Assembly (NCBI GenBank): GCA_039028615.1
Contig: JBCCHT010000008.1
Coordinates: forward strand, 96,001-160,000
Direction: 5' to 3'
Length of the DNA stretch: 64,000 nt
DNA from: Myxococcota bacterium
GTDB lineage: Bacteria; Myxococcota_A; Polyangia; Nannocystales; Nannocystaceae
Program-made: the position numbers and the translations under genes
The notes under the pieces: model-generated
What the model was told of the DNA's origin: nothing
Databases searched by the model: none
The model's input: only the letters and a program-made list of their open reading frames with translations
Shown here: in pieces, positions 1 to 7,769 of the stretch
Layout of the letters: each line of letters starts with the position of its first letter
Position numbering within the stretch: position 1 is the first letter of the stretch

Positions 1-1136
1 TCGCCCGTGCGACTGACCGGCAAGGTCCGCCCCAGCGCGATGAAGTCGCCCGACTCGCACACGGGACCGACCACGTCGACCTCCTCGGTGGGGTCGCCCG
101 GCTGCGGCCACCGAAGCGGCGCGATGACGTGATAGGCCTGGTAGAGCGCAGGGCGAATCAGGTCGTTCATCGCCGCGTCGACCACCACGAAGCCCTTGGT
201 CTCTCCCGTCTTGCGACCGAGCACCCGCGTGAGCAGCACGCCCGCGTTGCCCACCAGCCAGCGACCGGGCTCGAACACCAGCTCGAGGTCGAGCCCCTCG
301 GTGGCCTCCTGCACCGCCTTGCCCCACGCCTCGAGATCGAGGGCGGGGTCGTCGGGGCGATAGCCGATGCCGAAGCCGCCGCCCAGGTCGAGCTGGGTGA
401 GCGTGATGCCTTCGCTGGCCAGCGTGTCCACCAAGGCCCGCACCCGCGCGATGCTGTCGACGAAGGGGCGCACCTGGGTGATCTGCGAGCCGATGTGGCA
501 GCCCACGCCCACCAACCGCAGCGAAGGATCGGCATGCGCTCGGCGAGCGACCGGCAGCGCGTTGGTCATGGAGATGCCGAACTTGGACTCCTGCAGGCCG
601 GTCGCGAGATAAGGATGGGTCTTGGGATCGATGTCCGGGTTGACCCGCAACGACACCGCCGCGACCTTGCCCAGCGCGCGGGCTCGCGCCGCGACCTGCT
701 CGAGCTCTTCCGCCGACTCGAGGTTGATGGAGCGGATCTGGGCTTCGATCGCGGCATCGATCTCGACGTCGGTCTTGCCGACCCCGGAGAACACGATGCG
801 CGATGCCGGTACGCCAGCGGTGAGCGCTCGCTTCAGCTCGCCGCCCGAGACGATGTCGGCTCCGGCGCCCCGACGCGCCAAAAGACGCAGCACGGCGAGC
901 GAGCTGTTGGCCTTGACCGCGTAACAGAAAGTGGTGGGACGTTGTCCTACCGCGGCCGTAAGTGCGTCGAAACGCGATTCAATGACCGACGCCGCATACG
1001 CGTAGGTGGGTGTACCCAGCTGCTCGGCAATCTTCGATAGGGCCACGCCCTCCATGCACAGCTCACCGTCGTGCAGGCGGAGGCCGAAGCGCCCGGGGTT
1101 CTCGGCGAGACCGATGTGATCTGGGCGTTGCGTCAC
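1..1136 (-). CDS. lysA: Diaminopimelate decarboxylase (3' end runs off the window)
   Basis: Translated by hand because it is absent from the ORF track. GTG at 1136 with GGAG upstream. Motifs: GTPTYAY, CYAVKAN (PLP Lys), DIVSGGEL, FSGVGKT, SLRVNPD, SKFG, HIGSQI, LDLGGGFG, EPGR, DAAMNDLIRPALY, VVGPVCESGD. Confidence 0.96.
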   Translation of the reverse strand, partial: MTQRPDHIGLAENPGRFGLRLHDGELCMEGVALSKIAEQLGTPTYAYAASVIESRFDALTAAVGQRPTTFCYAVKANSSLAVLRLLARRGAGADIVSGGELKRALTAGVPASRIVFSGVGKTDVEIDAAIEAQIRSINLESAEELEQVAARARALGKVAAVSLRVNPDIDPKTHPYLATGLQESKFGISMTNALPVARRAHADPSLRLVGVGCHIGSQITQVRPFVDSIARVRALVDTLASEGITLTQLDLGGGFGIGYRPDDPALDLEAWGKAVQEATEGLDLELVFEPGRWLVGNAGVLLTRVLGRKTGETKGFVVVDAAMNDLIRPALYQAYHVIAPLRWPQPGDPTEEVDVVGPVCESGDFIALGRTLPVSRTG

Positions 1137-1199
1137 CGACTCCGGCCTGCCACGACCGAAGGTCTTCCGTCAATCCAGGGAAGATTCGCGGTCGAGATT

Positions 1200-1208
1200 T
1201 GCTACGAT
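1200..1208 (+). promoter_or_regulatory. Putative extended -10 promoter (TGcTACGAT) for the intergenic transcript
   Basis: TGn-TACGAT lies 6 nt before the 5' arm of the long-range stem at 1215. No good -35 box. Confidence 0.4.
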
Positions 1209-1214
1209 CGCAAA

Positions 1215-1590
1215 GTCATCTCAGGTCACCGGCAAGGAGGTCGCCTATGCAGCAAACCCATCAGAACACCCTGATTCGTACAACCCGCAGCCAAGGAGGA
1301 GCCTCCTAGCCGGTTCGCGGCGGGCATCTCGGCGTCCTTTAACCGGCGCACGGGGTGCAAATCCGGTCCCGACCGGATCGTCGCGAACCGACATGTTCGG
1401 TCGACAGGAGTCGTCCGAACACGACGCCGCCGGGCGGCGTCAGGTGAGATTGACAGAGAAGACACTCCAAAATCACTCGTCACCGTAGTGGTGACTCGTT
1501 CCAAAAAACCCTGACGAGCGCACAGTCGCTCGCAACACGGAACCGGAACGACCCGAGATGACCCGCGACGGGGCTCCACGGAGCCCCGTC
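1215..1590 (+). ncRNA. Candidate structured small RNA (~350 nt) of unknown family
   Basis: GTCATCTCAGGTC (1215-1227) pairs with GACCCGAGATGAC (1550-1562) at 12/13 positions. There are several internal hairpins and a perfect 10-bp hairpin at 1567-1590. Confidence 0.5.
1247..1309 (+). CDS. Putative 20-aa peptide MQQTHQNTLIRTTRSQGGAS
   Basis: Perfect SD AAGGAGG (1234-1240) 6 nt before ATG. No recognisable homology. Confidence 0.3.
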   Translation: MQQTHQNTLIRTTRSQGGAS

Positions 1591-1612
1591 GGCGTATCCG
1601 GCGGCGGATCGA

Positions 1613-2746
1613 TCACGACCGGGGGCGGGGAAGTGACCACGCGAAGCCGAACTCCAGACCCATGTTGAGCTCGAGGCCGCCCACCCGCGCGAGGACCGAA
1701 GGCGTCTGGTCCTCGAACACCACCAGCCGAGCCACGGCGCCGGCCTGAGCCAGAGCGCTCCCGGAGAGCTCGAAGCGCGGACCGATGCGCAGCGCGAGAT
1801 CGGGGCTCAACACGAATCGCCAGGAGGGCACCACCCGCAGGTGCGCGCCGAGCTGGAGCCCTCGGTTGCGGGTCTGCCCGTCGGGGTAGTCCACGAGCTG
1901 GAGCGCGCCGTTTTGCCGTACACCCCACGGCTCGAGGTCGAGGGCCACGACGGTGCGCACGGCGAGGCGACCCCGGCGCCATTCGTAGCCACCACCGATC
2001 GAGATCCGAGAGCGTCCCACCGTCAGTGGCTCGGGGCGATGCCAGTGGGTTCGGACGGCCACCGAGGCGATGGGTCCCCGAGGCCAACGCAGCTCCATGC
2101 CGGCCAGGCCTCCGCCGCCGACGAAACCCGCGGGATCGGGAGGCCCGAAGCCCACGCCCACCGTGCCCGCCGCGATCGCCTCGAGCTCGAAGGGCGGGCG
2201 TCCCGGTGGCTTCGGTGCCGGCTCGGGTTCGGGTTCGGGTTCTGACGCGGGTTCGGGCTCTGGCTCCGGCTCGGGTTCGGGCTCCGGTTCCTCTTCGGCG
2301 GGCAGCGGCACGTCGCGTTCATCGGGCGCGAGCTCGTCGTCCTCGATCGCCGCCAGCAGGTTGGCCACCGTGCTCGCGGCCAGGCGGGGGGCATCGTCGC
2401 GATCGCTGTCGAGGCTGCGGTAGTACGCCCGACCATCGGAGAGCACCACGGTGATCTCCAACGAAGCGTCGCGGTGCCGCACCGTCGCCACGGCGAACAG
2501 CTCGAAGCTCTGGGCGGGCACCGCCGGCCACGGCGGCACATGCAATGAACGCTGAGGGCTACGAAGCTGGAGCGCGTCGAGCACGGGCGCGGCCTCGAGC
2601 CCATCGGGGCGAAGCAGCACACCTTCGATCGGCCGAGCGTGGGTCGCCGCCGCGGGCTCGACCACCGCGGCCGCGGCCGAGGCCGAGGCGAGCAGGAGCC
2701 CGCCGGCCAAGAGCACGGGGCACGACGCTGTCGCCAACCCTGCCAT
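1613..2746 (-). CDS. Exported protein with Pro-Glu linker and probable C-terminal outer-membrane beta-barrel
   Basis: Signal peptide, (EP)n linker, amphipathic beta strands ending GLEFGFAW. Last gene of the ECF cassette. Confidence 0.7.
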   Translation of the reverse strand: MAGLATASCPVLLAGGLLLASASAAAAVVEPAAATHARPIEGVLLRPDGLEAAPVLDALQLRSPQRSLHVPPWPAVPAQSFELFAVATVRHRDASLEITVVLSDGRAYYRSLDSDRDDAPRLAASTVANLLAAIEDDELAPDERDVPLPAEEEPEPEPEPEPEPEPASEPEPEPEPAPKPPGRPPFELEAIAAGTVGVGFGPPDPAGFVGGGGLAGMELRWPRGPIASVAVRTHWHRPEPLTVGRSRISIGGGYEWRRGRLAVRTVVALDLEPWGVRQNGALQLVDYPDGQTRNRGLQLGAHLRVVPSWRFVLSPDLALRIGPRFELSGSALAQAGAVARLVVFEDQTPSVLARVGGLELNMGLEFGFAWSLPRPRS

Positions 2747-2785
2747 CGACCTCAGAATACGGCACGACCGAGCGAGGCCGCACGC

Positions 2786-3385
2786 TCAGGCCTGGACGCA
2801 GGCTTCCTTGCCCTCGATCCACATGCAGTCTGCGACCTCTTCGCACTGCGCGGGCTGGAGGACTTCACAGGGCACGCAGAACATCGAGCCGCACTCGCCC
2901 AGCTTCGGCTCGCCCACCCAGGCGCAGGTGGGCGTCTCGAGGCAGAACTCGAAGTCCAGCTCCAGACACTCGTTCATGGGATCGACGCAGGGGTTGAGCA
3001 CGCAGACGCCCAGCTCGGGATCGCCATCCCACAGGCACTGGCGCAGGCCACTACAGTCGCGAAAGCCCAGGCCCTCGCAGTCGGAGCCTTCCCCGGTGGT
3101 CGTGCCCTCTTCCCCGACGGGGTCGGTGGTGGTGCCCCCCGTCGTGCCCGTACCCGGCTCGCCCATGCCCGTGCTCGTCGCCGGTGCATCGGTGCCCGTG
3201 GACGAGCCGCGGCTGGACGCGCTCGTGTCTTCGGCGGGCGAGGCCGGGTCGGTCGTATCTTCGGGCGCTCCCGTGACCTCGGCCGCTCCCGTCGAGGCCT
3301 CGGGCGTGCCCCCGACGATCAAATCGACGCCGCAGCCGGCCCCGAACACCAACGCGATGCCACCGACGAGGCCGCGCGCCTTCAC
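2786..3385 (-). CDS. Cys-rich lipoprotein with Ser/Thr/Gly stalk
   Basis: Lipobox GAGC, three C-x(4-5)-C-x-W modules, GTGA overlap with the upstream gene. Confidence 0.75.
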   Translation of the reverse strand: MKARGLVGGIALVFGAGCGVDLIVGGTPEASTGAAEVTGAPEDTTDPASPAEDTSASSRGSSTGTDAPATSTGMGEPGTGTTGGTTTDPVGEEGTTTGEGSDCEGLGFRDCSGLRQCLWDGDPELGVCVLNPCVDPMNECLELDFEFCLETPTCAWVGEPKLGECGSMFCVPCEVLQPAQCEEVADCMWIEGKEACVQA

Positions 3386-4452
3386 GGGGCCTGCCCCTCG
3401 TCATCGCGGTCGAGCGCAGCCTTGGCCCGCGCCCGATGAGTTCCGTCGGGCATGGTCTCGAGATAGCGCTGCCAGCACTGGCGCTGCGCGTCACCGCTGG
3501 CTCGACGGCACAGGCCCGCCCGCGCATCGTCGGCAAAGCGTCCGTGGGGGAAGCGCTCGAGGTACTCCCGCCACAGCGCGGTCTCGGTGCCTCGGGCCTT
3601 GCGTTGCCGCGCCAAGGTGAACAGGTCGCCGTAGGCCAGATCGCCCAGGCGCCCCTTGCCCGCCCGCTTGGTCAGGATTCGAAACAGCCGCTCCGCCTTC
3701 GAAAGGTCGCCGGCTCGCCACGCGGCGTGGGCCATCGCGTCGAGCTCTTCCAGGGTGCGGGTCGACGCCCGCGGCTCGGGCTGCGCCCTGGGCCGACGCG
3801 CCCGACGGCGGGCCGGCTCGGCCGGGGCATCGTCGAGGGGCGCGACCGCAGCCGCGGCCTCGGTCTCACCGACCGGCGCTGGCTCGACCTCGGGCTCGAC
3901 GACCGCGGCGGGAGCGGGGGTCTGCACCTCGGCTCCCGGCACCGCGGCGTCCACCGACGGCGAAGGCACACGGGTCGGCACCACGTGCGCGGCCTCGCTG
4001 CGCGACGGATCACCCGAGAGCAATCGTCCGCGACCCGACTCGATCACGCCCCAGCCGATCAACAACAGCACGGCCGCCGCCGCGAACACGGCCGCCCAGA
4101 TCCGGCGCGCCGCGGGCTCTCGATGCGGTGGCTCGAACGCCACGGGCGGCGGCGTTCCCAGGCTCTGGGCGACGTCTTGCTCGACCTCCGCCCGCACGCC
4201 TTCGATCACCGCGAGCAGCTCCACGTCTTCGCGAGTCTGTCGCCGACGGTGCGCGTGCTTGATCGACACCACGGGTGCCCAATGATTGACCTCGGCCACC
4301 GTCTCGGCCGAGATCCGACTGGGATCGAGCTCGTGCGCGCGAGCGATCACGGCCGCAAAGTCGCGATACCCGGGGTCGGCCCCCAGCTCGGCGTCCACCG
4401 TCTCGACCACGCCGTCGAGCAGCGCCCTCAGCTCGAGATCGGCCATCATCAC
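3382..4452 (-). CDS. Putative anti-sigma membrane protein with C-terminal TPR-like helices
   Basis: One TM helix (IWAAVFAAAAVLLLIGWGVI), Pro/Ala linker, repeated YLERFPHGR/YLETMPDGT motifs. GTGA overlap with the sigma gene stop. Confidence 0.7.
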   Translation of the reverse strand: MMMADLELRALLDGVVETVDAELGADPGYRDFAAVIARAHELDPSRISAETVAEVNHWAPVVSIKHAHRRRQTREDVELLAVIEGVRAEVEQDVAQSLGTPPPVAFEPPHREPAARRIWAAVFAAAAVLLLIGWGVIESGRGRLLSGDPSRSEAAHVVPTRVPSPSVDAAVPGAEVQTPAPAAVVEPEVEPAPVGETEAAAAVAPLDDAPAEPARRRARRPRAQPEPRASTRTLEELDAMAHAAWRAGDLSKAERLFRILTKRAGKGRLGDLAYGDLFTLARQRKARGTETALWREYLERFPHGRFADDARAGLCRRASGDAQRQCWQRYLETMPDGTHRARAKAALDRDDEGQAP

Positions 4453-5093
4453 GACGACTCCTCCGAGCGCGGGCTGAGCCACCCGAGCGACTCGAGCTCC
4501 TTGCGAATGCGCTCACGCGCCCGACTGGCCCGTACCGAGAGGTTGCCCGAGGAGATACCGAGCTGCGCCGCGGCCTCGGCCGGCGAAAAGCCCTCGAGGT
4601 CGCGGAGCACGAACGCCTCGCGCAGGTGTGGAGGCAGCTGCCGCAAGATGACGTAGACCGCCTCGGCCCGTCGCTTGTGCATGTGCACCCGGTCGACCAC
4701 GTTGCTGTTGGTCGCCCGATGCACCGCGTTGATGTCTTGAAAGCGCTGGTGCGCGGTCTCGGTGCTGTGTTGGGCCCGCCAATAGTTGCGGACCACGTTG
4801 ACCGCCACCCCGTGCAGCCACGTGGAGATCGGCGCGCGGCCATCGAAACCGGGCAGCGCGACCAGAGCCCGGGCAAAAACTTCCTGCACCAGATCCTCGA
4901 TCGGGGCCGCCGATCCCGCGAGGTAGCGGACGTGGCGATAGATCGCCGCATAGTGGGCTTGATACAGCTCCGACCAGCCCTCCATCTGCCCCGCCTTGGC
5001 TCGCGCAACGCGCTCATCATCCTCCGAAACGCTGTTCGGGGCGTGTTCCGCGGACAGCGGAACGACGGACGGATCTGTGCTCTGGCGTGGCAC
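4449..5093 (-). CDS. ECF RNA polymerase sigma-70 factor
   Basis: Region 2 motifs EDLVQEVF and STWLHGVAVN. Region 4 LPPHLREAFVLRDLEGFSPAEAAAQLGIS...RASRAR. Confidence 0.93.
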   Translation of the reverse strand: MPRQSTDPSVVPLSAEHAPNSVSEDDERVARAKAGQMEGWSELYQAHYAAIYRHVRYLAGSAAPIEDLVQEVFARALVALPGFDGRAPISTWLHGVAVNVVRNYWRAQHSTETAHQRFQDINAVHRATNSNVVDRVHMHKRRAEAVYVILRQLPPHLREAFVLRDLEGFSPAEAAAQLGISSGNLSVRASRARERIRKELESLGWLSPRSEESS

Positions 5094-5320
5094 GGCGGCG
5101 TGGCCCTGGGCTCAATCGTTGAGTAACGCGACCAACCAAACGATTACAGCCGGGTCGCGCATCGAGACCCTCGCCCAGCTCACTGCGGCCCAAACCAATC
5201 CGCCCGAGGTCCATCGCCCCCGAATCTGCAACCGGGGTCGTGAATGGGCGTCGTTTCGATGAGCCGGGTGATCCGATCGCCGACCACCGGACTCTACTAC
5301 CCCCGAACCTCGGAGCACGG

Positions 5321-7135
5321 ATGACTCACCCCAAGTCCCCTTCTTGGCCCCACGCGCCGCAGCAACCCGGTCATCCCTCTCCCTATGGGGCTCAGCCTCA
5401 GCCCGGCCAACCCGGACCCGCCGCCCCGCAGCCGGGGGCCTACGGTGCTCAGCCCCATGCCGCCCCCCAACCCGGGGCCTACGGTGCACCGCAGGCGGGC
5501 CAACGAGCTCCGCAACAACCCGGGCACTACGGTGCGCCGCAACCGGGCCACCACGCGCCACAACCCGGGCCTTACGGTGCGCCGCAGCCCGGCCCGCACG
5601 CACCACAACCCGGTCAATACCCGCCGCCGCAGCCCGGCCAACACGCGCCGCAACCGGGCCAGTACCCGCCGCAACAACCCGGCTTCTACGGTGCGGCATC
5701 CCACGGCGTGCCCAACCCCGGGCAGTACGGCGCGCCTCATCCGGGCGGCTTCCCTCCGCCCGGCCAACCCGGCAGCCCCTGGGGTCAGGGCGCACCTCAT
5801 GTCGCGCCCCAGCGCCCCGCATCCAGCGGCCGCGGCAAGCTCATCGGAGGTGCGTTCCTGGCCCTCATCTGCGGCATCGCGCTGGTCCAGAATTCCCACG
5901 AGGCGTTCGACTCGGGTGAAGGCCTCGCCACCACCATCATCTTCGCGCTGTTCTTCGGAGGCTCGCTGCTGCTGGCGCTGACCGGGCTGTTCTCGGCCGC
6001 GGGCAAGCCCGCCCCCAAGGGCGTGGTGATCGGCGTACCCCTGGCCGCCGCCCTGCTCGGCGTAGGGGTCGGCCCCTTTGCGAGCACCGCCTACTGCGAG
6101 GCCGACGAGGCCACCCGCTACGAAGAGCTCACCGCGGCCATGGACCAGGGCGGCCTGTTCCTCGCCAGCCGCTGGACCACCGAGTACGAGCTCCAGGTCG
6201 ACGAAAAATTCCGCCGCAAGGAATGGCGCGCCCAGTGGATGGTCGCCCGCACCCGCGAGAGCATCGAGTACAAGGACGCCTCCGCCCTCCGACAGATCCT
6301 CGTGGAGATCGCCGAGTCGGGTGACCTCGAGCTCTACGCCGAGGCCGAGACCGCCGCGTCGCAGGCCTTTGGGCGCTACTACGAAGAGGCCAAGGCCAAG
6401 ATGTACGCGCCGCTGGCCGCCGGAGCCAGCCGCGAGTTCCCCGTCGACGAGAACCTGCGCGAGGCCTTCGGCACCATCCTCGAGCAGCTCACCCACGCCC
6501 CCGAGGCCAACGTCTACGTCGCGTTCACCAACGGCGTGCACCTCGAGCCGCCCGAAGGCACCGAGGAGCTGCTGGCGCTGTACCGCGACGACCCCAAGGC
6601 CAAGTCCGCGTTCCCCAAGGGCGCGCCCGTCATCGAGGCCAAGGACGCCTTCGGCTCCGCCTACGACTCCCGCCGCCGTCGCACCTTCATGACCGCGATG
6701 TCCGAGTCCTTCGGCCAGGTCTTCGACGCCAACCTCCTCACCCTGGTGCCCTTGGAAGAGGGAGCCTCGCGCGAGGGCAAGATCGTCATCGAGGTGTCGT
6801 CGAACATCGTGCGGCTACCGACCTTCTTCTTCTGGGAGCGCGAGCTCGCCGAGGCGCCGGGCACCACGAAGGTGGCCGGCCTGCTCTTCGGCATCGCCGT
6901 CGACTGGGAGCTGAAGGTCTACGGCCCCGAGGGCAAGCAGCTCTACGCCCAGCCCCCCGTGCGCAGCGAGCCCGCGGGCAACGTCAGCGTCTCGACCCAG
7001 CCCGGCGATCCCGACTGGGGCATGTACAGCGTGCTGATGGACTCCGCCTACTACAACTACAGCCGCCAGGTGACCGGCATGTTCGGCCTCACCCCGCCGC
7101 CCGAGCGCACCGTCTTTGCCTACAGCGGGGTCTAG
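5321..7135 (+). CDS. Membrane protein with long Pro/Gln/Gly/Tyr low-complexity N-terminus, 3 TM helices and a large soluble domain
   Basis: ATG at 5321 with GGAG upstream, PQPG repeats, three hydrophobic segments, GC3-rich codons. Confidence 0.8.
   Translation: MTHPKSPSWPHAPQQPGHPSPYGAQPQPGQPGPAAPQPGAYGAQPHAAPQPGAYGAPQAGQRAPQQPGHYGAPQPGHHAPQPGPYGAPQPGPHAPQPGQYPPPQPGQHAPQPGQYPPQQPGFYGAASHGVPNPGQYGAPHPGGFPPPGQPGSPWGQGAPHVAPQRPASSGRGKLIGGAFLALICGIALVQNSHEAFDSGEGLATTIIFALFFGGSLLLALTGLFSAAGKPAPKGVVIGVPLAAALLGVGVGPFASTAYCEADEATRYEELTAAMDQGGLFLASRWTTEYELQVDEKFRRKEWRAQWMVARTRESIEYKDASALRQILVEIAESGDLELYAEAETAASQAFGRYYEEAKAKMYAPLAAGASREFPVDENLREAFGTILEQLTHAPEANVYVAFTNGVHLEPPEGTEELLALYRDDPKAKSAFPKGAPVIEAKDAFGSAYDSRRRRTFMTAMSESFGQVFDANLLTLVPLEEGASREGKIVIEVSSNIVRLPTFFFWERELAEAPGTTKVAGLLFGIAVDWELKVYGPEGKQLYAQPPVRSEPAGNVSVSTQPGDPDWGMYSVLMDSAYYNYSRQVTGMFGLTPPPERTVFAYSGV
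5360..5790 (+). repeat. Degenerate coding repeats (PQPG-x-YGA / PQPG-x-H)
   Basis: About 15 ccgcaa/gcc(c/g)gg units within the CDS. Confidence 0.8.
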
Positions 7136-7170
7136 TCCCCGCGTCTTTGCCCCCTCACGGAAAGTCCCCC

Positions 7171-7659
7171 ATGTTCCGCCCCCGTTCACTCGCCCTGTTG
7201 TTGCCGGCTCTCGCCCTGAGCCTCGGCGCCTGCAAACCCGACATCCCCGAGGGCTTCGACAGCCTCGTACCCGCCGAGCACCGCGACGAGCTCGAGAAGG
7301 TCCTCGAAGAGAGCGAAGACCTCAAAAAGCCCGGTCGCGACCTGCTCATCCTCTGGTACGAAAAAGACGCGGTGAAGAAGTCCGAGCTCTATGCGGCCTA
7401 CAAAAAGCAGGTCGAGGGCCAGGGCTACAAACTGATGATCGAGTGTGAGGTCGACGATCCCGACTCGATGTCACTGGCCAAGGCGCCCAACGAGGCCATC
7501 AGCGTGTCCTTCCGCGACCTCGCCAGCGTGTGGCATACCGACGTCGAGCGCGTGCAGGTGGACTCCATCGGCCTGCCGCTGGACGTCGAGTGCAAGTTCA
7601 CCGAGCACGCCCAGTCGCTGTGCAAGAGCATCTCCGGCGACACCTGCTTCATGAAGTAG
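7171..7659 (+). CDS. Hypothetical lipoprotein
   Basis: MFRPRSLALLLPALALSLGAC lipobox, followed by a terminator. Confidence 0.75.
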   Translation: MFRPRSLALLLPALALSLGACKPDIPEGFDSLVPAEHRDELEKVLEESEDLKKPGRDLLILWYEKDAVKKSELYAAYKKQVEGQGYKLMIECEVDDPDSMSLAKAPNEAISVSFRDLASVWHTDVERVQVDSIGLPLDVECKFTEHAQSLCKSISGDTCFMK

Positions 7660-7683
7660 GAGCCGCGACGGCCCGGCCCCCAC

Positions 7684-7718
7684 GGACCCCTCGGTGCCCC
7701 CGAGGGGTTCGTTCGTTT
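7684..7718 (+). terminator. Intrinsic terminator-like hairpin
   Basis: GGACCCCTCGG-tgccc-CCGAGGGGTTC followed by GTTCGTTT. Confidence 0.6.
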
Positions 7719-7769
7719 CGAGGGGCTCGCGCGCCGAAACGACAACGCGCAGCTCCGCCGCCACTCGAA

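Noticed and set aside
129..1040. 303-aa + strand ORF
   Set aside because: Antisense shadow of lysA, which has all the expected motifs on the minus strand.
1350..1380. GGTGCAAATCC resembling a cobalamin riboswitch, or a lysine riboswitch for lysA
   Set aside because: The upstream GGGAA and downstream GCCACTG/B12-box elements are missing and no + strand gene follows. I could not find lysine riboswitch consensus on the minus strand.
1510..1540. CTGACGA-stem-GCAA resembling a hammerhead ribozyme core
   Set aside because: The required GAAA after stem II is absent and stems I and III could not be built.
1215..1562. RNase P RNA, tmRNA or SRP RNA identity for the structured element
   Set aside because: No GAGGAAAGTCC, no tRNA-like ends or ALAA-type tag, no SRP GGAA/AGCAG loop.
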